Below, in pieces: positions 54,701 through 64,000 of a stretch of DNA of 64,000 nt. Position numbers and translations under genes: made by a program. The stretch's first letter is position 1, and each line of letters opens with the position of its first letter. This stretch comes from the human T2T-CHM13v2.0 reference genome, Homo sapiens. Below the pieces are notes generated by a model that saw only the letters and a list, made by a program, of their open reading frames with translations, had not been told where the DNA came from and made no database searches. The stretch lies in NCBI RefSeq assembly GCF_009914755.1, contig NC_060925.1; one strand, written 5' to 3'.

Positions 54701-57700
54701 TCTGTGAGTTCAACGCACACATCACAAAGGAGTTTCTGAGAATCGTTCTGTCTAGTTTCTATAGGAAGATATTTCCTATTCTACCATTGACCTCAAAGCG
54801 GCTGAAATCTCCACTTGCAAATTCCACAAAAAGAATGTTTCAAGTCTGCTCTGTGTAAAGGATCGTTCAACTCTGTGAGTTGAATACACACAACACAAGG
54901 AAGTTACTGAGAATTCTTCTGTCTAGCATAATATAAAGAAATCCCGTTTCCAACGAAGGCCTCAAAGAGGTCTGAATATCCACTTGCAGACTTTACAAAC
55001 AGAGTGTTTCCTAACTGCTCTATGAAAAGAAAAGTTAAACTCTGTGAGTTGAACGCACACATCACAAAGGAGTTTCTGAGAATCATTCTGTCTAGTCTTT
55101 ATACGAAGATATTTCCTTTTCTACAATTGACCTCAAAGCGGCTGAAATCTCCACTTGCAAATTCCACAAAAAGAGTGTTTCAAGTCTGCTCTGTGTAAAG
55201 GATCGTTCAACTCTGTGAGTTGAATACACACAACACAAGGAAGTTACTGAGAATTCTTCTGTCTAGCAGAATATGAAGAAATCCCGTTTCCAACGAAGGC
55301 CTCAAGGAGGTCTGAATATCCACTTGCAGACTTTACAAACAGAGTGTTTCCTAACAGCTCTATGAACAGAAAGGTTAAACTCTGTGAGTTGAACGCACAC
55401 ATCACAAAGGAGTTTCTGAGAATCATTCTGTCTAGTCTTTATACGAAGATATTTACTTTTCTACCATTGACCTCAAAGCGGCTGAAATCTCTACTTGCAA
55501 ATTCCACAAAAAGAGTGTTTCAAGTCTGCTCTGTGTAAAGGATCATTCAACTCTGTGAGTTGAATAAACACAACACAAGGAAGTTACTGAGAATTCTTCT
55601 GTCTAGCAGAATATGAAGAAATCCCGTTTCCAACGAAGGCCTCAAAGGGGTCTGAATATCCACTTGCAGACTTTACAAACAGAGTGTTTCCTAACTGCTC
55701 TATGAAAAGAAAGGTTAAACTCTGTGAGTTGAACACACACATCACAAAGGAGTTTCTGAGAATCATTCTGTCTAGTTTTTCTACGAAGATATTTCCTTTT
55801 CTACTATTGACCTCAAAGCGGCTGAAATCTCCACTTGCAAATTCCACAAAAAGAGTGTTTCAAGTCTGCTCTGTGTAAAGGATCGTTCAACTCTGTGAGT
55901 TGAATACACACAACACAAGGAAGTTACTGAGAATTCTTCTGTCTAGCAGAATATGAAGAAATCCCGTTTCCAACGAAGGCCTCAAAGAGGTCTGAATATC
56001 CACTTGCAGACTTTACAAACAGAGTGTTTCCTAACTGCTCTATGAAAAGAAAGGTTAAACTCTGTGAGTTGAACGCACACATCACAAAGGAGTTTCTGAG
56101 AATCGTTCTGTCTAGTTTCTATAGGAAGATATTTCCTATTCTACCATTGACCTCAAAGCGGCTGAAATCTCCACTTGCAAATTCCACAAAAAGAATGTTT
56201 CAAGTCTGCTCTGTGTAAAGGATCGTTCAACTCTGTGAGTTGAATACACACAACACAAGGAAGTTACTGAGAATTCTTCCGTCTAGCAGAATATGAAGAA
56301 ATCCCGTTTCCAACGAAGGCCACAAGATGTCAGAATATCCACTTACAGACTTTACAAACAGAGTTTTTCCTAACTGCTCTATGAACTGAAAGGTTAAACT
56401 CTGTGAGTTGAACGAACACATCACAACGCAGTTTGTGGGAATGATTCTGTCTAGTTTTGAAACGAAGATATTTCCTTTTCTGCCGTTGACCTTAAAGAGC
56501 TTGAAAACTACACTTGCAAATTGCACAAATAGAGTGTTTCAAATCTGCTCTGTCTAAGGGAACGTTCAACTCTGTGAGTTGAATGCACACAACACAAGGA
56601 AGTTACTGGGAATTCTTCTGTCTAGCCTTACATGAAAAAAACCCGTTTCCAATGAAGGCCTCTAAGTGGTCAAATTTCCACGTGCAGACTTTACAAACAG
56701 AGTGTTTCCAAACCGCTGAATGAAAAGAAAAGTTAAACTCTGAGAGTTGAACGCACACATCACGCAGCAGTTTCTGAGAATGATTCTGTCTAGTTTTTAT
56801 ACGAAGATATTTCCTTTTCTGCCTTTGGCCCCAAAGCGCTTGAAATCTCCACTTGCAAATTCCAAAAAAACAGTGTTTCAAATCTGCTCTCTCTAAATGA
56901 AAGTTCAACTCTGTCAGTTGAATACACACAACACAAGGAAGTTACTGAGAATTCTTCTGTCTAGCATAATATGAAGAAATCCCGTTTCCAATGAAGGCCT
57001 CAAAGGGGTCTGAATATCCACTTGCAGACTTTATAAACAGAGTGTTTCCTAACTGCTCTATGAAAAGAAAGGTTAAACTCTGTGAGTTGAACGCACACAT
57101 CACAAAGGAGTTTTTGAGAATCGTTCTGTCTAGTTTCTATAGGAAGATATTTCCTATTCTACCATTGACCTCAAAGCGGCTGAAATCTCCACTTGCAAAT
57201 TCCACAAAAAGAATGTTTCAAGTCTGCTCTGTGTAAAGGATCGTTCAACTCTGTGAGTTGAATACACACAACACAAGGAAGTTACTGAGAATTCTTCTGT
57301 CTAGCATAATATGAAGAAATCCCGTTTCCAACGAAGGCCTCAAAGAGGTCTGAATATCCACTTGCAGACTTTACAAACAGAGTGTTTCCTAACTGCTCTA
57401 TGAAAAGAAAAGTTAAACTCTGTGAGTTGAACGCACACATCACAAAGGAGTTTCTGAGAATCATTCTGTCTAGTCTTTATACGAAGATATTTCCTTTTCT
57501 ACCATTGACCTCAAAGCGGCTGAAATCTCCACTTGCAAATTCCACAAAAAGAGTGTTTCAAGTCTGCTCTGTGTAAAGGATCGTTCAACTCTGTGAGTTG
57601 AATACACACAACACAAGGAAGTTACTGAGAATTCTTCTGTCTAGCAGAATATGAAGAAATCCCGTTTCCAACGAAGTCCTCAAGGAGGTCTGAATATCCA

Positions 57701-60690
57701 CTTGCAGACTTTACAAACAGAGTGTTTCCTAACAGCTCTATGAACAGAAAGGTTAAACTCTGTGAGTTGAACGCACACATCACAAAGGAGTTTCTGAGAA
57801 TCATTCTGTCTAGTCTTTATACGAAGATATTTACTTTTCTACCATTGACCTCAAAGCGGCTGAAATCTCCACTTGCAAATTCCACAAAAAGAGTGTTTCA
57901 AGTCTGCTCTGTGAAAAGGATCATTCAACTCTGTGAGTTGAATAAACACAACACAAGGAAGTTACTGAGAATTCTTCTGTCTAGCAGAATATGAAGAAAT
58001 CCCGTTTCCAACGAAGGCCTCAACGAGGTCTGAATATCCACTTGCAGACTTTACAAACAGAGTGTTTCCTAACTGCTCTATGAAAAGAAAGGTTAAACTC
58101 TGTGAGTTGAACACACACATCACAAAGGAGTTTCTGAGAATCATTCTGTCTAGTTTTTCTACGAAGATATTTCCTTTTCTACTATTGACCTCAAAGCGGC
58201 TGAAATCTCCACTTGCAAATTCCACAAAAAGAGTGTTTCAAGTCTGCTCTGTGTAAAGGATCGTTCAACTCTGTGAGTTGAATACACACAACACAAGGAA
58301 TTTACTGAGAATTCTTCTGTCTAGCAGAATATGTAGAAATCCCGTTTCCAACGAAGGCCTCAAAGAGGTCTGAATATCCACTTGCAGACTTTACAAACAG
58401 AGTGTTTCCTAACTGCTCTATGAAAAGAAAGGTTAAACTCTGTGAGTTGAACGCACACATCACAAAGGAGTTTCTGAGAATCGTTCTGTCTAGTTTCTAT
58501 AGGAACATATTTCCTATTCTACCATTGACCTCAAAGCGGCTGAAATCTCCACTTGCAAATTCCACAAAAAGAATGTTTCAAGTCTGCTCTGTGTAAAGGA
58601 TCGTTCAACTCTGTGAGTTGAATACACACAACACAAGGAAGTTACTGAGAATTCTTCTGTCTAGCAGAATATGAAGAAATCCCGTTTCCAACGAAGGCCA
58701 CAAGATGTCAGAATATCCACTTACAGACTTTACAAACAGAGTGTTTCCTAACTGCTCTATGAACAGAAAGGTTAAACTCTGTGAGTTGAACGAACACATC
58801 ACAACGCAGTTTGTGGGAATGATTCTGTCTAGTTTTGAAACGAAGATATTTCCTTTTCTGCCGTTGACCTTAAAGAGCTTGAAAACTACACTTGCAAGTT
58901 GCGCAAATAGAGTGTTTCAAATCTGCTCTGTCTAAGGGAACGTTCAACTCTGTGAGTTGAATGCACACAACACAAGGAAGTTACTGGGAATTCTTCTGTC
59001 TAGCCTTACATGAAAAAAACCCGTTTCCAACGAAGGCCTCTAAGTGGTCAAAATTTCCACGTGCAGACTTTACAAACAGAGTGTTTCCAAACCGCTGAAT
59101 GAAAAGAAAAGTTAAACTCTGAGAGTTGAACGCACACATCACGCAGCAGTTTCTGAGAATGATTCTGTCTAGTTTTTATACGAAGATATTTCCTTTTCTG
59201 CCTTTGGCCCCAAAGCGCTTGAAATCTCCACTTGCAAATTCCACAAAAACAGTGTTTCAAATCTGCTCTCTCTAAATGAAAGTTCAACTCTGTCAGTTGA
59301 ATACACACAACACAAGGAAGTTACTGAGAATTCTTCTGTCTAGCATAATATGAAGAAATCCCGTTTCCAACGAAGGCCTCAAAGGGGTCTGAATATCCAC
59401 TTGCAGACTTTATAAACAGAGTGTTTACTAACTGCTCCATGAAAAGAAAGGTTAAACTCTGTGAGTTGAACACACACATCACAAAGGAGTTTCTGAGAAT
59501 CATTCTGTCTAGTTTTTCTACGAAGATATTTCCTTTTCTACTATTGACCTCAAAGCGGCTGAAATCTCCACTTGCAAATTCTACAAATAGAGTGTTTCAA
59601 GTCTGCTCTGTGTAAAGGATCGTTCAACTCTGTGAGTTGAATACACACAACACAAGGAAGTTACTGAGAATTCTTCTGTCTAGCAGAATATGAAGAAATC
59701 CCGTTTCCAACGAAGGCCTCAAAGAGGTCTGAATATCCACTTGCAGACTTTACAAACAGAGTGTTTCCTAACTGCTCTATGAAAAGAAAGGTTAAACTCT
59801 GTGAGTTGAACGCACACATCACAAAGGAGTTTCTGAGAATCGTTCTGTCTAGTTTCTATAGGAAGATATTTCCTATTCTACTATTGACCTCAAAGCGGCT
59901 GAAATCTCCACTTGCAAATTCCACAAAAAGACTGTTTCAAGTCTGCTCTGTGTAAAGGATCGTTCAACTCTGTGAGTTGAATACACACAACACAAGGAAG
60001 TTACTGAGAATACTTCTGTCTAGCATAATATGAAGAAATCCCGTTTCCAACGAAGGCCTCAAAGAGGTCTGAATATCCACTTGCAGACTTTACAAACAGA
60101 GTGTTTCCTAACTGCTCTATGAAAAGAAAAGTTAAACTCTGTGAGTTGAACGTACACATCACAAAGGAGTTTCTGAGAATCATTCTGTCTAGTCTTTATA
60201 CGAAGATATTTCCTTTTCTACCATTGACCTCAAAGCGGCTGAAATCTCCACTTGCAAATTCCACAAAAAGAGTGTTTCAAGTCTGCTCTGTGTAAAGGAT
60301 CGTTCAACTCTGTGAGTTGAATACACACAACACAAGGAAGTTACTGAGAATTCTTCTGTCTAGCAGAATATGAAGAAATCCCTTTTCCAACGAAGGCCTC
60401 AAGGAGGTCTGAATATCCACTTGCAGACTTTACAAACAGAGTGTTTCCTAACAGCTCTATGAACAGAAAGGTTAAACTCTGTGAGTTGAACGCACACATC
60501 ACAAAGGAGTTTCTGAGAATCATTCTGTCTAGTCTTTATACGAAGATATTTACTTTTCTACCATTGACCTTAAAGCGGCTGAAATCTCCACTTGCAAATT
60601 CCACAAAAAGAGTGTTTCAAGTCTGCTCTGTGTAAAGCATCGTTCAACTCTGTGAGTTGAATACACACAACACAAGGAAGTTACAGAGAA
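48751..60690 (-). repeat. Local expansion of five related 14-16-monomer units, ending at the inversion
   Basis: X-dimer ORF markers at 48751, 51129, 53508, 56227 and 58605 (spacings 2378, 2379, 2719, 2378). The marker CCTAACAGCTC is shared near 50252, 55350, 57728 and 60447. Confidence 0.8.
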
Positions 60691-60731
60691 TTCCTTGTGT
60701 TGTGTGTATTCAACTCACAGAGTTGAACGAT
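60639..60731. other. Inversion breakpoint: 41-bp perfect inverted repeat with 11-nt spacer
   Basis: ATCGTTCAACTCTGTGAGTTGAATACACACAACACAAGGAA (60639-60679), spacer GTTACAGAGAA (60680-60690), then the exact reverse complement (60691-60731). TTC at 60691-60693 fits both orientations. Confidence 0.95.
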
Positions 60732-63700
60732 CCTTTACAGAGAGCAGACTTGAAACACTCTTTTTGTGGAATTTGCAAGTGGAGATTTCAGCCGCTTTGA
60801 GGTCTATGGTAGAAAAGGAAACTATCTTCGTATAAAGACTAGACAGAATGATTCTCAGAAAATCCTTTGTGATGTGTGCGTTCAACTCACAGAGTTTAAC
60901 TTTTCTTTTCATAGAGCAGTTAGGAAACACTCTGTTTGTAAAGTCTGCAAGTGGATATTCAGACCTCTTTGAGGCCTTCGTTGGAAACGGGATTTCTTCA
61001 TATTCTGCTAGACAGAAGAATTCTCAGTAACTTCCTTGTGTTGTGTGTATTCAACTCACAGAGTTGAACGATCCTTTACACAGAGCAGACTTGAAACACT
61101 CTTTTTGTGGAATTTGCAAGTGGAGATTTCAGCCGCTTTGAGGTCAATAGTAGAAAAGGAAATATCTTCGTAGAAAAACTAGACAGAATGATTCTCAGAA
61201 ACTCCTTTGTGATGTGTGTGTTCAACTCACAGAGTTTAACCTTTCTTTTCATAGAGCAGTTAGTAAACACTCTGTTTATAAAGTCTGCAAGTGGATATTC
61301 AGACCCCTTTGAGGTCTTCGTTGGAAACGGGATTTCTTCATATTATGCTAGACAGAAGAATTCTCAGCAACTTCCTTGTGTTGTGTGTATTCAACTGACA
61401 GAGTTGAACTTTCATTTAGAGAGAGCAGATTTGAAACACTGTTTTTGTGGAATTTGCAAGTGGAGATTTCAAGCGCTTTGGGGCCAAAGGCAGAAAAGGA
61501 AATATCTTCGTATAAAAACTAGACAGAATCATTCTCAGAAACTGCTGCGTGATGTGTGCGTTCAACTCTCAGAGTTTAACTTTTCTTTTCATTCAGCGGT
61601 TTGGAAACACTCTGTTTCTAAAGTCTGCACGCGGATATTTTGACCACTTAGAGGCCTTCGTTGGAAACGGGTTTTTTTCATGTAAGGCTAGACAGAAGAA
61701 TTCCCAGTAACTTCCTTGTGTTGTGTGCATTCAACTCACAGAGTTGAACGTTCCCTTAGACAGAGCAGATTTGAAACACTCTATTTGTGCAATTTGCAAG
61801 TGTAGATTTCAAGCGCTTTAAGGTCAATGGCAGAAAAGGAAATATCTTCGTTTCAAAACTAGACAGAATCATTCCCACAAACTGCGTTGTGATGTGTTCG
61901 TTCAACTCACAGAGTTTAACCTTTCTGTACATAGAGCAGTTAGGAAACACTCTGTTTGTAAAGTCTGTAAGTGGATATTCTGACATCTTGTGGCCTTCGT
62001 TGGAAACGGGATTTCTTCATATTCTGCTAGACAGAAGAATTCTCAGTAACTTCCTTGTGTAGTGTGTATTCAACTCACAGAGTTGAACGATCCTTTACAC
62101 AGAGCAGACTTGAAACACTCTTTTTGTGGAATTTGCAAGTGGAGATTTCAGCCGCTTTGAGGTCAATGGTAGAAAAGGAAATATCTTCGTATAAAGACTA
62201 GACAGAATGATTCTCAGAAACTCCTTTGTGATGTGTGCGTTCAACTCACAGAGTTTAACCTTTCTTTTCATAGAGCAGTTAGGAAACACTCTGTTTGTAA
62301 AGTCTGCAAGTGGATATTGAGACCTCTTTGAGGCCTTCGTTGGAAACGGGATTTCTTCATATTCTGTTACACAGAAGAATTCTCAGTAACTTCCTTGTGT
62401 TGTGTGTATTCAACTCACAGAGTTGAACGATCCTTTACACAGAGCAGACTTGAAACACTCTTTTTGTAGAATTTGCAAGTGGAGATTTCAGCCGCTTTGA
62501 GGTCAATAGTGGAAAAGGAAATATCTTCGTAGAAAAACTAGACAGAATGATTCTCAGAAACTCCTTTGTGATGTGTGTGTTCAACTCACAGAGTTTAACC
62601 TTTCTTTTCATAGAGCAGTTAGTAAACACTCTGTTTGTAAAGTCTGAAAGTGGATATTCAGACCCCTTTGAGGCCTTCGTTGGAAAAGGGATTTCTTCAT
62701 ATTATGCTAGACAGAATAATTCTCAGTAACTTCCTTGTGTTGTGTGTATTCAACTCACAGAGTTGAACGATCCTTTACAGAGAGCAGACTTGAAACACTC
62801 TTTTTGTGGAATTTGCAAGTGGAGATTTCAGCCGCTTTGAGGTCAATGGTAGAATAGGAAATATCTTCCTATAGAAACTAGACAGAATCATTCTCATAAA
62901 CTCCTTTGTGATGTGTGCGTTCAACTCACAGAGTTTAACCTTTCTTTTCATAGAGCAGTTAGGAAACACTCTGTTTGTAAAGTCTGCAAGTGGATATTCA
63001 GACCCCTTTGAGGCCTTCGTTGGAAACGGGATTTCTTCATATTCTGCTAGACAGAAGAATTCTCAGTAACTTCCTTGTGTTGTGTGTATTCAACTGACAG
63101 AGTTGAACTTTCATTTAGAGAGAGCAGATTTGAAACACTGTTTTTGTGGAATTTGCAAGTGGAGATTTCAAGCGCTTTGGGGCCAAAGGCAGAAAAGGAA
63201 ATATCTTCGTATAAAAACTAGACAGAATCATTCTCAGAAACTGCTGCGTGATGTGTGCGTTCAACTCTCAGAGTTTAGCTTTTCTTTTCATTCAGCGGTT
63301 TGGAAACACTCTGTTTGTAAAGTCTGCACGTGGATATTTTGACCACTTAGAGGCCTTCGTTGGAAACGGGTTTTTTGCATGTAAGGCTAGACAGAAGAAT
63401 TCCCAGTAACTTCCTTGTGTTGTGTGCATTCCACTCACAGAGTTGAACGTTCCTTTAGACAGAGCAGATTTGAAACACTCTATTTGTGCAATTTGCAAGT
63501 GTAGATTTCAAGCGCTTTAAGGTCAATGGCAGAAAAGGAAATATCTTCGTTTCAAAACTAGACAGAATCATTCCCACAAACTGCGTTGTGATGTGTTCGT
63601 TCAACTCGCAGAGTTTAACCTTTCTGTTCATAGAGCAGTTAGGAAACACTCTGTTTGTAAAGTCTGTAAGTGGATATTCTGACATTTTGTGGCCTTCGTT

Positions 63701-64000
63701 GGAAATGGGATTTCTTCATATTCTCCTATACAGAAGAATTCTCAGTAACTTCCTTGTGTTGTGTGTATTCAACTAACAGAGTTGAACGATCCTTTACACA
63801 GAGCAGACTTGAAACACTCTTTTTGTGGAATTTGCAAGTGGAGATTTCAGCCGCTTTGAGGTCAATGGTAGAAAAGGAAACTATGTTCGTATAAAGACTA
63901 GACAGAATGATTCTCAGAAACTCCTTTGTGATGTGTGCGTTCAACTCACAGAGTTTAACTTTTCTTTTCATAGAGCAGTTAGGAAACACTCTGTTTGTAA
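60691..64000 (+). repeat. Alpha-satellite HOR array, same family, inverted orientation (right arm); CENP-B boxes on the plus strand
   Basis: From 60691 the sequence is the reverse complement of the left-arm repeat, with CTTCGTTGGAAACGGGA at 60976-60992 and about every 340 bp after. The repeated ORF translations switch strand at this point. Confidence 0.97.
60976..60992 (+). promoter_or_regulatory. CENP-B box (first in the inverted arm)
   Basis: CTTCGTTGGAAACGGGA read directly on the plus strand. Confidence 0.95.

Larger units (their letters stand above)
1..60690 (-). repeat. Alpha-satellite HOR array, SF1 dimeric type (D1Z7/D5Z2/D19Z3-like), left arm; CENP-B boxes on the minus strand
   Basis: Uninterrupted ~170-bp monomers with ~340-bp dimer periodicity. 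An EcoRI site (GAATTC) occurs about every 340 bp, and TCCCGTTTCCAACGAAG (reverse complement of the CENP-B box) occurs once per dimer. Alpha-satellite identity is clear from the sequence. The family and chromosome assignment is by recognition, not by a database search. Confidence 0.97.

Noticed and set aside
60639-60731. Hairpin read as a terminator, pre-miRNA or transposon terminal inverted repeat, or as a fold-back sequencing artefact
   Set aside because: The arms are plain satellite sequence extending for kilobases, with no target-site duplication or internal element. A fold-back artefact would give mirror-identical arms, but these differ in SNPs and dimer order. A mis-join still needs read-level exclusion.
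61107-61643. Longest ORF (178 aa), just right of the breakpoint
   Set aside because: It arises from a single TAA>CAA change at 61368 that joins two ordinary satellite reading frames. There is no evidence of coding function.
156-63989. Hundreds of 60-124 aa ORFs with near-identical translations
   Set aside because: They recur with the 340-bp satellite period on both strands, mostly use non-ATG starts, show no recognisable domain and are freely broken by indels. They are artefacts of the repeat.
1-64000. CRISPR-like array of regularly spaced conserved motifs
   Set aside because: The sequence between motifs is itself repeated, so there are no unique spacers, and there are no cas genes. This is tandem satellite DNA.
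1-64000. L1, Alu or other insertion within the array
   Set aside because: The 340-bp register holds throughout apart from 1-4 bp indels and the inversion. I saw no poly-A tail or foreign sequence.
1-64000. Firm assignment to chromosome 1 rather than 5 or 19
   Set aside because: These three centromeres share the same HOR family. The inversion hints at chr1, but assignment needs alignment to chromosome-specific variants.

Overview
The whole 64-kb window is primate (very likely human) centromeric alpha-satellite DNA: about 376 ~170-bp monomers arranged as about 188 ~340-bp EcoRI dimers. One monomer of each dimer carries a CENP-B box and the other a pJalpha-like box. This is the suprachromosomal family 1 (J1/J2) dimeric organisation, and it most resembles the D1Z7/D5Z2/D19Z3 (S1C1/5/19H1L) live higher-order repeat (HOR). 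I see no genes, RNA genes or transposon insertions, and every listed ORF is a by-product of the repeat. The main structural feature is a strand switch (inversion breakpoint) at ~60,690. The two orientations meet almost exactly in phase, as a 41-bp perfect inverted repeat around an 11-nt spacer, with a 3-bp TTC microhomology inside an EcoRI site. The two arms carry different SNP haplotypes, so this is an inversion and not a fold-back copy. Left of the breakpoint the HOR length varies from 6 to 20 monomers, with nested local duplications (offsets of 1.36, 2.4, 2.7, 5.8 and 13.9 kb), hybrid and mosaic monomers, and about 14 inactivated CENP-B boxes. I do not see a new gene-based system. What is interesting is the architecture and mutational history of the array. 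Dimer labels X, Y, Z, P, Q, R and S are my own.
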